64,000 nucleotides of DNA from an uncultured Coriobacteriales bacterium (GCA_934654475.1 CAKUFZ010000002.1:86-64085); one strand, 5' to 3'. Shown: positions 37,001 through 45,472, counted from the stretch's first letter. The notes: generated from the letters alone by a model not told the origin. Numbers and translations are program-made.

Positions 37001-37675
37001 CTGAGATGCCGATGTGTCAATCGCTTGGGCATCCGCACGCCGCCGCGCGTCCCTCTCCGCCTCGGCATGCTTTGCGCTCCATTCGTTTTGCAGCACACGT
37101 TGGCGCTTCTCCGCATCGGCTTGCATCGAACGCTCATCTCGATCGATGCGTTTCTGCTCATCTTGCACCATAGCCTTCAGCAAAGAGCACGCCTCATCAC
37201 GCTGCATTGTCCCTTTGAGGTGGAAGAGGCGCTTGAGCCACGTCAAAAAAGATATGTCAGCCATTTGAGCCAGAAGGACTTCAAGCTCTGAATCGGAGGT
37301 GTTTCTTGCGTCTTGAATATGTTTCGGCCATATGGGGGTGTTCGCAAGGTCACCCGGGATGCGTGCAAGGACCCTGGAACAGCGGTCTCGACGATCTTGC
37401 ACGGCACGACGCTCACTCTCAATCTCTGTTGAGAGTACTTGGAGACGAGCGTTGTATTCCCTATCAATCTCGGCAACGCCCTCAACCTGAGGATGCGCCA
37501 GCCGAGCGGCAAGGCTCGCCTCGATGCACTCTGCCTCGCGCTTGCGTCTCATGCAGTCGCTGCGCCTCTCCTCGTATTCCCTTGTGAGGCAATCGAGCCT
37601 TAACTGTCCGTCGTCTGACGCCGTTGCAAAGCCATCGATGCGCGAGGCAATCATCTCGTAGAACTCATCGACCAT
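34082..37675 (-). CDS. Atypical FtsK/SpoIIIE-family ATPase: coiled-coil N-terminus, three P-loop-like modules with only the middle one intact, no TM segment
   Basis: 1197 aa. The middle module has Walker A GIVTGTTGSGKTYF, Walker B YLLVVIDEFH and an FtsK-type RAYGMHVLIADQS. The flanking modules keep beta-strand/Walker-B-like strings (TIVVINDLS; VLIVVLGLEQL) but have no GxxGxGK[ST]. The first roughly 300 aa are E/R/A-rich coiled coil. I saw no hydrophobic helix. Confidence 0.75.
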   Translation of the reverse strand: MVDEFYEMIASRIDGFATASDDGQLRLDCLTREYEERRSDCMRRKREAECIEASLAARLAHPQVEGVAEIDREYNARLQVLSTEIESERRAVQDRRDRCSRVLARIPGDLANTPIWPKHIQDARNTSDSELEVLLAQMADISFLTWLKRLFHLKGTMQRDEACSLLKAMVQDEQKRIDRDERSMQADAEKRQRVLQNEWSAKHAEAERDARRRADAQAIDTSASQAIARELRNLETKYEEDRRHLRARLESNTESERIGYQCRAEIANRVQVLGNADFGAIRQVTEFPRYTPIGMVEAKGAGVDLYVPYSFDWDNLQGCWFTVDNDKEAALAWMRAIVSTAIRCTPLGGLEVYWLDPTNAGLSLGKLADLSSRIERREDTIIKVASTEQDTGRMNTVLENRTGDLGPAIASFGSLRKYNARANAVKAIPQTIVVINDLSNKHFGTRTLDLIESFVRDGKRLGVQVLVSCGSALRGDEKFDERLRALRESMTNITESWDPQAGRARYLIDIPGRGCKPINPINSALTSDELVLSVQKAQEKRDAANPTEVVDLAHVQVSKIEEAIELPVAVDELGNAVMLRFDLGGNVHGIVTGTTGSGKTYFLRNAIEAACTHYSPDDLEIWIIDYKRSDFAGLRDVDQRFPHIGLVAIDTSEDFIKVAIDRLYDVEMKNRQTLMVENVPSARDINEYNYYVAKHPELGLEHMRYLLVVIDEFHAQAAVMAATRLNKDDSSNYSRKFQNLIKECRAYGMHVLIADQSLTDGPNLQALGEKTVQTNMTNRVLLAWGTNGQEPCAMVSSTYSSDLEILGKGDAYIQHGGHKPIRCVTRCVEDKAMCASNERIRASLGDACKAWDERFEYLDATRRDAPTWTEYCQRMTTDIMGSRLVPIGSKSSFVDPTLRIALNSNIGQNIFVLDPEMNLAFDLVETTIIGACSKQGLGYRVVVVAPENDPTWRFAQTKWQTLRDVFPNYEEMTDLTSIANLFRRAEEGNLASSTPVLIVVLGLEQLSQQMSRAQYEFERSMQKKQPSSVSTLSAAMVRYENHQKGQSEEAKTSPDDARELIARVIQWGPLNNVHICLLSTSVPNLNKVLGARGLDMAELFAHRFATHADRMKLVSIGMQSNASSLQPEEAKIKMVYHTPSGHEFFFRPYVVETVAKTIPLEVAKPLETEPDSKESAALPGSFSPTGQDERDGSEWLW

Positions 37676-37708
37676 GACAGCATCACCTTTCCCTTGTACT
37701 AGTGTGCC

Positions 37709-38317
37709 TTAAAGCTCGAGTCCAAGCACGTCGAAGCCACCGTTTGCCAGAAAGACCAGGAGAAGCATTTTTGCGATCTTGGCAAGAACGGCACCCGCTA
37801 TGAATGCAAGCGGAGACTTGCTGAGCCTTCCGCAAACAAGGCCGATGGCATCGGACGCATTGCCTGAGATGAACGATCCGGCAAAGGCGCACGTGAAGAC
37901 GCCGAGACCCCCGCATCCTTCAAGTCGCGCAAGCCAACGCATGTCCGGGCGCACGATCCGCGTCGCTTTGCCGGCCCAATAGCTCGTCACTTCGCCCAGG
38001 CCCGCCCCCAGCCCCGCCGCAAGCGAAACGAAGACAGGGTCAAGAACCAACGACATTTGCACGGTGACAGCCCCGGAAGGCGACAACCCGAACACGCCGC
38101 TGTTCAAAACAAAGCAAGCGACTGCCGTAGCCACATAGCCCAGCGAGGCAAACTGCGCAATCTCATCGCGATAAACAAAGGCGAGAACGGAGGCCACGAC
38201 CATCAGGACAAGAGTGGCGATTCCAAGCAGCACTGGACGATGGCGCTCGATTCTCGTACCTTCATGCTGAATGTCACCATGTGAGTGATTGTTCTGGCCG
38301 GCGCACATCATCTCCAT
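37709..38317 (-). CDS. YqaA/VTT (DedA-related) family membrane protein
   Basis: 202 aa and multi-pass. The segment LAAGLGAGLGEVTSYWAGK resembles the G-x-x-x-G-x-x-x-Y-x-x-G[KR] signature of YqaA-like proteins. Confidence 0.45.
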   Translation of the reverse strand: MEMMCAGQNNHSHGDIQHEGTRIERHRPVLLGIATLVLMVVASVLAFVYRDEIAQFASLGYVATAVACFVLNSGVFGLSPSGAVTVQMSLVLDPVFVSLAAGLGAGLGEVTSYWAGKATRIVRPDMRWLARLEGCGGLGVFTCAFAGSFISGNASDAIGLVCGRLSKSPLAFIAGAVLAKIAKMLLLVFLANGGFDVLGLEL

Positions 38318-38952
38318 CCATGCTCCTGAGAGTAGATGACGAGCAGGTCTAGGTTGGCGCGCTCCACGTCGGTGAAGTTGGGCTCGGTCACGCCCTCGAT
38401 GGGTTGATACCAGGGTCGAGCGTCAAAATACGCGCGATACTTGCCGCCTGCGAAGGGATACCCATATCGTGCATACAGCTCGTTGATTGCCAGGGTTGTC
38501 GTGCGCTCGTCGAAACCCTCAATGTCGGCCCTGTCGAGATACACCCAGTTGGACGGTAGGATGTACCCTTCGGCCTGCGCCTGTGCAATCGCGTCACCAT
38601 TGGGCGTTGAGGTACTGACAATAGGAAGGGACGTATCTGCATTGGCATACTCGTCGGACACGTCTGAATACTGCGCGGTCTCATCCGAATAGGTCGGCTC
38701 TTCTTGAGTGCTTGAAACATCCGATTCGACCGACTCGCTCGAAACAGGTTCGTAACTGCCGTCTAAAAGGATGGAACCCAATACTTCGCTTGAAGCAAAC
38801 TGGTTGGACATGGGCGACAACAGAAACGCCAAAAACACCGCCCCGCCAAGAAGCCCGCCGAAAATCGCCAATCCCCCACTCGGAGTTTTGGGCACGTTGA
38901 AACTGTTCGCGTTGCCAGCCATAGTGGAGCCTCCATTGTTTGTGCGTGACAT
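38308..38952 (-). CDS. Membrane-anchored YARHG-domain protein
   Basis: 214 aa with one TM segment (LAIFGGLLGGAVFLAFLL) and an acidic S/E/T-rich linker. The C-terminal YARHG signature is YILPSNWVYLDRADIEGFDERTTTLAINELYARYGYPFAGGKYRAYFDARPWYQP. Confidence 0.7.
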   Translation of the reverse strand: MSRTNNGGSTMAGNANSFNVPKTPSGGLAIFGGLLGGAVFLAFLLSPMSNQFASSEVLGSILLDGSYEPVSSESVESDVSSTQEEPTYSDETAQYSDVSDEYANADTSLPIVSTSTPNGDAIAQAQAEGYILPSNWVYLDRADIEGFDERTTTLAINELYARYGYPFAGGKYRAYFDARPWYQPIEGVTEPNFTDVERANLDLLVIYSQEHGWR

Positions 38953-38963
38953 ATGTCCTCTCC

Positions 38964-41900
38964 CTATGAATCAAGCAAGCTCACGATGACGACGATTCCC
39001 AGTACCAGCGCGAGAATGCCGGCTGCAATGGTAAGAATGCCCCCGACGATAAGGATGACGAATACGGCAGCAAGGCAAAAAACAGGTGGCAAAAGAACCA
39101 TGGCGAGCCAGAAGTGGGGCCCACACCATGATTTGCTGTTGGCATACCAGAGCCCGACAAGCCAAAGCAAAAAACCGATTACCATACCAGTTGCAAATCG
39201 GTTTGAATAGCTGGTGCTTGTCTCAATCCACTCCCAGACACCCAGTGCAATGAGCCCACCGGCAAGCATCATCGGCAAGATGGTGGACATACCCCACATG
39301 GCCCAATGGCCCGAATTATGCAATCCTTGACTCTCATGGAGATTCTTGTCAAGCAACGCCACAGTGGAACTGTACCCATAAGAGACGACAGGCAGAGAGG
39401 CATTTTGGTCGGCCAGACGCATATAGAATGGCGACGTTTTCTCTCCGTAGGCCCTGATATCCTCATTATATGTTTGACTGAGTTGTTTGAGATCCTTGTC
39501 CAACCCCCTGTATTTGCCGGAAAGGCGTTGCCTGCCAAGGTAATAAAAACTCGCATAGGCAAAGTATGTCACAGCTGACACGAACGTACCAAATGCAAGG
39601 ACATAATCGAAGCCCTCGGGCAAACCAAGCAAGACAAGGAACTCAAAGAGCGAGGGGGCCATAACCGTCCCGCATACGGCAAACGCCACCAAAAGCAAAA
39701 TGCTACCGAGCAGGTACCCCGCCTTGGACTCGCACTGCTCCCTCATGCGCATCTGGAGCTCCATGATGATCTTCTCAAAGTTCTTGTCCCGAGAATCGCC
39801 TTGCGAAGCCTCAACGAGACACACGCCATCCCATTCCGCCGTGCCAGTCATATCCCTCCTGGAGGCGGTGAAGATATCGCGGACGAAGCCACGGGGGACG
39901 GTCTCCCCATAGAATCGCGCACAGAAAAACCCGTCGTCCTCGCTCACGGTGACGTTCTTCTCCGAAGAAACGCCGTAATAGTGCCGCAGAGGAAGTTCTT
40001 CCAAATTGGCTTCGATTCTTTGTACGCATGTATGGGCCGTCTGCTCAAACCCGTCATGCGCCATTTGGGCCACGGATGAGCCGAGGCCCTTGGTTATGGT
40101 GTCGCAACTCCAGTGAAGCCTTGTGGGTGCGGAGGAACCTTCTGCCATCCTGAGATACATGTCAGCATGGCGGGCAGTCCAGACCCAGGGTCCAATGGGG
40201 CCATAATTGATGTAGAACTCCCGCACGACGTCCTTGCTCTCGACAAGCCCCTCAAAGAAGCACAGCGCCTCGGTGGCAAGTACGAGCAGTTCGTGTCCGC
40301 GCGTCAAATCGTCGCTTGGAGCAGAATCGTTAGGGTAGGCTTTGAGCATCCCGAGGAGGGAATCGGCGTCGGTGAACCTGTACGCCACGGACAGCATTGA
40401 CCTGTAAGCATCTTTAGACGCGATGGTTTGATAGAACCTGTACGGCGTGCTGGAGCAAAGCTCAAAGAGCTTGTTTGCATTCTGGCACATCGTTAGCGAA
40501 TCCGTGTAGTTGGCGCTAAAAGTATTCTTGAACAGTAGGCGCGCAAACGAGGCGTCACCGCCATCATCCAGCTGGGCGGCGACCTTCTCAATGCCCCGCA
40601 GCTTCTCGATTACATACCTTTTGCCATCCGAAAGCTGGTCTTCAGTTTGCCAAGGAGAGAGGATCGCCTCGACGCCTGAGCCTTGCTGTTCGGCCGCCCA
40701 AGAGAGCAACCCACTTGCGAGCAGGTCTTTTGCGAGCAGCTCTTTAGACACTTCAGGGTTGTCGATGTTTGCTATAAGGTTTGTGAAAGAAACGTCCTTG
40801 CCTTCCCAACAGAGCAGGTATCTGTTACCGGACAGGTACCAAATGGATTTTGCCAAACCCAAATTTGAGGACTCGCTGCTGTTACGATAAGTGTCCAATG
40901 CATCGGCGGCATCGATTTGCCCGTCGCCGACAAAACTTTGTGAAATATAACCTCGTGAAAACTGCCTGAGAGCGACGGACCAATTGTTCGACAAGGCCTC
41001 TGCAAGCTCTGCGAAGTTCGTATACGTCTTTCCCTCGAACTGATAAGACCATCCCGTTTCCCCATCGTCCGGGTCGACCCATGTAATGGATTCCGGCTTA
41101 TCAACCCAGCTCATAACGGCTTCGAATCCAAGGCGCTTCTTATGATCCCTATACGTCAGACCATATATGAGGCGCCCAAGATACTTGTCTTCGTCGCTGG
41201 TCGGCTGAAAAGGCACGTCACGAGAACCGCTCAGGGCAATACGCTGAAGTGCGAGTTGGTCGTTGGCCTCAATAAGACTTTGATAAGGATGTTTGCCATC
41301 GTTGTAGAGCGTCCAAATCGTATAGCCAAACGCATACCAATCGCTTTCCGGCTGAACTGGCACACCGGGAATGGAGTATCCCACTGTCGCACGCTGCGTT
41401 GTCGTATAGCCGAACTTCTGTCCCTCGGCGCCACCTTCGACAAAGGAAGAGATGTTGAAATCGCCCAGAACAACGCAACCGTCGTACACGAAAAGGTTTG
41501 ACGGTTTTACGTCACGGTGCACAATATTGCGCTCGTGCAAAAAATGCAGAGCGGTTGCCGCGTCTGAGATGACGCAACGCTTGAGATAGCCCTTCTCAAG
41601 GGGCTTTTCATCGAGTCTGCTACATATTGGCATGACTGCGACGTATGCCAGCTCCTCATGCCATCCTGGTCTATCGCTTGTTTGGACGTTGATGGCCTTG
41701 CTCTCAAACGCATAGATCGGCATGAGGTGTGTGGACTGGCACCCGCCGTTTGACGGGTCGCCGGTTATGTCGAGAAGCTCCTTGATGACGCGTTGGTAAT
41801 CTGAGTTATGCCTGGCGTCTCGATCTCTAAGGGAGATTTTAGCCGCATACTCATTGCCTTCGTTGTCTCTTGCGCCAAAGACGCGAGCATAGCCGCCCGA

Positions 41901-42098
41901 ACCGATTGATGTATCGAAATCAATCGTATAGCTCATCTGTGTTGAAGCATTACTCACAACAACGGTTTGATTGGGGTCGGCCTCAAAACAAAAGCCCTCG
42001 TCTGCCAAGGCGGCCGTCTGGTTTGACTGCGCCGCAGTTGCTGAATAGCGCATCGCCGAGGTGCCAGACTGAACCATTGGGACGGTCTCAGATGCCAT
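38964..42098 (-). CDS. Giant Ser/Thr protein kinase with a large middle region and a polytopic C-terminal membrane domain
   Basis: The start is taken at the ATG at 42098, 8 nt after aaggag and 1 nt after the PP2C stop (the ORF track starts at 42140). The Hanks kinase motifs are IGSGGYARVFGA, YAAKI, HRDVKPSN, DFN (in place of DFG) and QPESDWYAFG. The C-terminal roughly 300 aa hold about 7-8 hydrophobic helices. Confidence 0.85.
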   Translation of the reverse strand: MASETVPMVQSGTSAMRYSATAAQSNQTAALADEGFCFEADPNQTVVVSNASTQMSYTIDFDTSIGSGGYARVFGARDNEGNEYAAKISLRDRDARHNSDYQRVIKELLDITGDPSNGGCQSTHLMPIYAFESKAINVQTSDRPGWHEELAYVAVMPICSRLDEKPLEKGYLKRCVISDAATALHFLHERNIVHRDVKPSNLFVYDGCVVLGDFNISSFVEGGAEGQKFGYTTTQRATVGYSIPGVPVQPESDWYAFGYTIWTLYNDGKHPYQSLIEANDQLALQRIALSGSRDVPFQPTSDEDKYLGRLIYGLTYRDHKKRLGFEAVMSWVDKPESITWVDPDDGETGWSYQFEGKTYTNFAELAEALSNNWSVALRQFSRGYISQSFVGDGQIDAADALDTYRNSSESSNLGLAKSIWYLSGNRYLLCWEGKDVSFTNLIANIDNPEVSKELLAKDLLASGLLSWAAEQQGSGVEAILSPWQTEDQLSDGKRYVIEKLRGIEKVAAQLDDGGDASFARLLFKNTFSANYTDSLTMCQNANKLFELCSSTPYRFYQTIASKDAYRSMLSVAYRFTDADSLLGMLKAYPNDSAPSDDLTRGHELLVLATEALCFFEGLVESKDVVREFYINYGPIGPWVWTARHADMYLRMAEGSSAPTRLHWSCDTITKGLGSSVAQMAHDGFEQTAHTCVQRIEANLEELPLRHYYGVSSEKNVTVSEDDGFFCARFYGETVPRGFVRDIFTASRRDMTGTAEWDGVCLVEASQGDSRDKNFEKIIMELQMRMREQCESKAGYLLGSILLLVAFAVCGTVMAPSLFEFLVLLGLPEGFDYVLAFGTFVSAVTYFAYASFYYLGRQRLSGKYRGLDKDLKQLSQTYNEDIRAYGEKTSPFYMRLADQNASLPVVSYGYSSTVALLDKNLHESQGLHNSGHWAMWGMSTILPMMLAGGLIALGVWEWIETSTSYSNRFATGMVIGFLLWLVGLWYANSKSWCGPHFWLAMVLLPPVFCLAAVFVILIVGGILTIAAGILALVLGIVVIVSLLDS

Positions 42099-42099
42099 C

Positions 42100-42900
42100 C
42101 TATGACTCCTTTTCATCGATTGGGGTCGAAATCTCGACAAGCATCACACTTATGTTGTCATCTGAACCGCCAACCAAAGCAGCATTAAACAGACTTACCG
42201 CCTTAGTCTGCAGGTCGACGTCGGCACCTTTGAGCATCTCTTCAATCAGCTGATCAGGCACGCCCTCGGTCAGACCGTCTGAGCAGAGGAGAAAGATGTC
42301 GTTTTCAAACACAGGCCATGCCTTTGAAATATCGACGATGTCCCACCCCGGGCCAAGTCCGAGTGCGCGCAGGATAACATGAGCTTGATTGGTTTGCGCC
42401 CACTCAATCTGCTCTTGAGGCGCATGGATGCTTTCGAGCTGTTGCACAACTGAATGGTCGCCCGTCTGCCGCGCAAGGAAACCGTTACGCATCCGATACA
42501 CGCGTGAATCCCCGGCGTGGAATGTAACGAATTCTCCCTTGGCAATCGCAATTCCAGCCGTGGTCGTTGCCATGGATGTCCCACACCTCCATGACGCGGA
42601 TGTCGCACTCATCTCGCGACTCGTCTGAGAGAGCACCGCGCAAGCCGCCTCGGCCAGACCCCGCGCATCACACCCGGCGTCGACTTCAAACCCCGCGAGA
42701 GCCTGAGCAGCGAGAGAAGATGCCTCGGCACCATGCCCTCCCGCGCTCACCCCGTCGAACACGGCCAGAAGGGTGGGTTCCTCGACCTCGATGCAGCACG
42801 ACCCTGAGGCAAGAACTCCCCCGCCTATGAAAAGCCTGTCTTCGTTCGTTGACTTCACCGCGCCTTTGTCGGTAACGGCGGCGACCTGTATCACAGCCAT
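42100..42900 (-). CDS. PP2C-family Ser/Thr protein phosphatase
   Basis: 266 aa with TDKGAVKSTNEDR, LAVFDGVSAGGHGAEAS, LCSDGLTEGV and GGSDDNISVMLVE. Confidence 0.88.
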   Translation of the reverse strand: MAVIQVAAVTDKGAVKSTNEDRLFIGGGVLASGSCCIEVEEPTLLAVFDGVSAGGHGAEASSLAAQALAGFEVDAGCDARGLAEAACAVLSQTSREMSATSASWRCGTSMATTTAGIAIAKGEFVTFHAGDSRVYRMRNGFLARQTGDHSVVQQLESIHAPQEQIEWAQTNQAHVILRALGLGPGWDIVDISKAWPVFENDIFLLCSDGLTEGVPDQLIEEMLKGADVDLQTKAVSLFNAALVGGSDDNISVMLVEISTPIDEKES

Positions 42901-44873
42901 GCGGAAGCTCCCGTCTCCGTGGAATACACAATATGCCCTCCCTGAGCAGAGGCGTAAATCGTCGCGCCCTGCGGCACTCGCATATCAAATAGGTACTCGG
43001 CAAGCGTGTTGAGGTATTCGGACTCGATGTAGTTGGCGATGCCTCGACCGCCCTTCTCTTTGACATCGGTGGAAAGCGAGGCCTGAACGATTTGGTCGAA
43101 GCAGGTCTGGTCAACCTCGACATGTACACCCTGCTGCTTGAATACGGCATGGTTGACCTGGTCGACTTTTTGGCGGGCAATGAGGGCAGCAGAGGCGTCG
43201 TCGATGTAGTCGAACACAACGACGTTGTTGCCGATGCGACCCAGAAACTCCGGCTTAAACGTCGCCTTCATCGCGGCCATTACTTTGTCGCGCACCGCAT
43301 CGTATGGCTCACCGGGACCGATAAGCGTCTGGTGGTCCACCACATGGCGACCCGACGCGTCATATACCTCGCGTGAGAAACCGATATTGCTCGTAAAGAA
43401 AATGAGCGTCTCGCTGAAATAGACCGTTGTGCCCTGCCCGTCGGTCATACGCCCGTCTTCCAATATTTGCAGGAACTTGTCCATGATGCTGGGAGAAGCC
43501 TTCTCCACCTCATCGAACAGCACGACTGAGAAGGGGTTTGCACGCACGGCGTTGGTCAGTTGACCGCCTTGCGAGTAGCCCACATACCCCGGCGGTGCAC
43601 CGAACAGCTTTTGGTCGGAATTGTCCCCCTGATACTCAGACATGTCGAAACGCAGACAGCTCCGCTCGTCGCCAAAAAGCATCTCAGTGACTGCTTTCAC
43701 TATCTCGGTCTTGCCGGTACCTGTTGGACCGCTGAGGAAGACGACGCCTTTAGGCTTGCCGCCGCCAGAATGCGTGGCCCCCGACAAACCCAAGACGGAT
43801 CGCTTGAGAACCGACACGACGGCATCGACGGCCTGGTCTTGCCCTTTGACTCGTCTACGAATGACATCTCCGGGGTCATGCTCGAGCTTCTCGAGCATCG
43901 TAGCCCACTTGTTTTCCTTGAGACCGTATTTATACACGTCAACCAGTGCAGCGAGATCGGAGGAACCCTGGGTATCGCGGCCGTGCATGCGCCTAAGCTC
44001 GTCAAGCTCCCGCAAGGTCATGGCGTCGGTCATGTCGACGAAACGCTCCGTTTCCGACTTCTCCCCTACGACGAAACCCTCGGTTGGCAGGCTGGGCGGA
44101 ATCATCGTCTGCACATAGAGCTCGCGCGTCGCCCTGTCAGGGTTGGGCACTGTGACAACACGCATGTTGGGATTGCCGTTTACAAACCAATCAGGCAGGT
44201 CATTGCGGCGGCTTGCAACCAGAATGAGGGTATTGCGATCGCTGGACGACCCATCGGGCGAACATACGCGCAAGGCATCGCTTGCCGCAACAAACAGGTT
44301 AGTGAAGAACGCCGTTTCGTCTGGGTCGAGATGCGAAGGCGAGGTGAGAACGCGCGACGCCATGTCGACGACAACGGCAACAGGTTTAGCGACCGGGTGG
44401 CCCGGCTTGTTTCCTCCCAGACGAGGGCCGCCTCCCCCGTCGAGCTGCAACGGGCTTGCAAGGAGCGCACGTATGAGGCGTGAGTCTTGAACAAGGTCGC
44501 TCACCTGGCTGGATTGCGTCTGACGGGCATGCCCAAACGAGTTGACCCTGTCGGATTCCGCCTGCATATCAGCCGCCGCACGGCCTGCTGCCGCAAGATA
44601 GCGCTCGACATCAGATTCCTGGAACATATTGGTGAAACGACGCAACGGGTCGTAATACACGAGCTGATACTCGCCCGATGCGGCATCCTCCGAAAAGACC
44701 GCATGGAGCAGCTCGTTGAGTGTCAAGAAGCCTGCCTGTGCCACGTCGTCAATCGCGTCGCCACCGTCCCAAACAGGATACAGGTCGTTGACGTTGCCCT
44801 CAAAGAGAAAGAGGCTCTTGATGCCCTTGAAGTTGCGCAGCTCGCGCTGCCACTGTTGCCTCTGAATGCTCAC
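42891..44873 (-). CDS. AAA+ ATPase with a ClpA/ClpB D2-like module and a degenerate N-terminal module
   Basis: 660 aa. The C-terminal half carries VKGQDQAV..FLSGPTGTGKTE (Walker A), VVLFDEVEKA (Walker B), PPGYVGY and FTSN. The N-terminal roughly 300 aa lack a P-loop. The GTG start overlaps the upstream stop (GTGA) and is preceded by gggagg. Confidence 0.75.
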   Translation of the reverse strand: MSIQRQQWQRELRNFKGIKSLFLFEGNVNDLYPVWDGGDAIDDVAQAGFLTLNELLHAVFSEDAASGEYQLVYYDPLRRFTNMFQESDVERYLAAAGRAAADMQAESDRVNSFGHARQTQSSQVSDLVQDSRLIRALLASPLQLDGGGGPRLGGNKPGHPVAKPVAVVVDMASRVLTSPSHLDPDETAFFTNLFVAASDALRVCSPDGSSSDRNTLILVASRRNDLPDWFVNGNPNMRVVTVPNPDRATRELYVQTMIPPSLPTEGFVVGEKSETERFVDMTDAMTLRELDELRRMHGRDTQGSSDLAALVDVYKYGLKENKWATMLEKLEHDPGDVIRRRVKGQDQAVDAVVSVLKRSVLGLSGATHSGGGKPKGVVFLSGPTGTGKTEIVKAVTEMLFGDERSCLRFDMSEYQGDNSDQKLFGAPPGYVGYSQGGQLTNAVRANPFSVVLFDEVEKASPSIMDKFLQILEDGRMTDGQGTTVYFSETLIFFTSNIGFSREVYDASGRHVVDHQTLIGPGEPYDAVRDKVMAAMKATFKPEFLGRIGNNVVVFDYIDDASAALIARQKVDQVNHAVFKQQGVHVEVDQTCFDQIVQASLSTDVKEKGGRGIANYIESEYLNTLAEYLFDMRVPQGATIYASAQGGHIVYSTETGASAWL

Positions 44874-45472
44874 ACTGCCTCCCTCGCATGCATGTCCGAC
44901 GGGCGGTCGTGGATTCCGACCGAGATTGCACGGTTCTCAAACACGAAGTTTTGGACCCATCGCCCCTGTCTCATGTACTCCGCATACTTCCGCCGCATCT
45001 TCTCGTTGAGGAAGTTGACGCGTTGGTTATCTGAACCGCGCAAGGCAAGCCCAGCCACGTTGCGCGCGGCGATATAGGGCCCGTCTATAAGAACGTCAAC
45101 GCATGTTCGCAGGCGTAGCCAATTCGCATGGGACAGACAGCGTTGAGCTTCTTCGAGCGTGTAGCCCGTATACAAAAGGACATCGTCATAGACGCTGCGG
45201 ACGGCCTCCAGGCAATCGAGGAGCTCGTCGGGTTGCTCAAGGGGGTCTCCGCCGGTGAGCGTAAGCTCGTGGCAACCATAGGACTCGCCGACATCCAGCA
45301 GGTAGCGAGCGAGGCCGCCCGGTGGCATTTCCTGCGCCTCGGTAGATGTCCACAGCTCGGGATTTGCGCACTCCGCACAACGCTTGGAACAGCCCGCCGT
45401 CCATATCACGGCGCGCCTCCCCGGCCCCAACGTCTCGACAGGGTAGAGAATCCTATCCACGCGCATCGTCAA
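44870..45472 (-). CDS. NrdG/PflA-like radical-SAM activating-enzyme homolog (orphan)
   Basis: 200 aa with ETLGPGRRAVIWTAGCSKRCAECANPELW (CX3CX2C directly before N-P-E-x-W) and LTLTGGDPLEQ, as in anaerobic RNR or glycyl-radical activases. No NrdD or glycyl-radical enzyme is in the window. Confidence 0.65.
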   Translation of the reverse strand: MTMRVDRILYPVETLGPGRRAVIWTAGCSKRCAECANPELWTSTEAQEMPPGGLARYLLDVGESYGCHELTLTGGDPLEQPDELLDCLEAVRSVYDDVLLYTGYTLEEAQRCLSHANWLRLRTCVDVLIDGPYIAARNVAGLALRGSDNQRVNFLNEKMRRKYAEYMRQGRWVQNFVFENRAISVGIHDRPSDMHAREAV

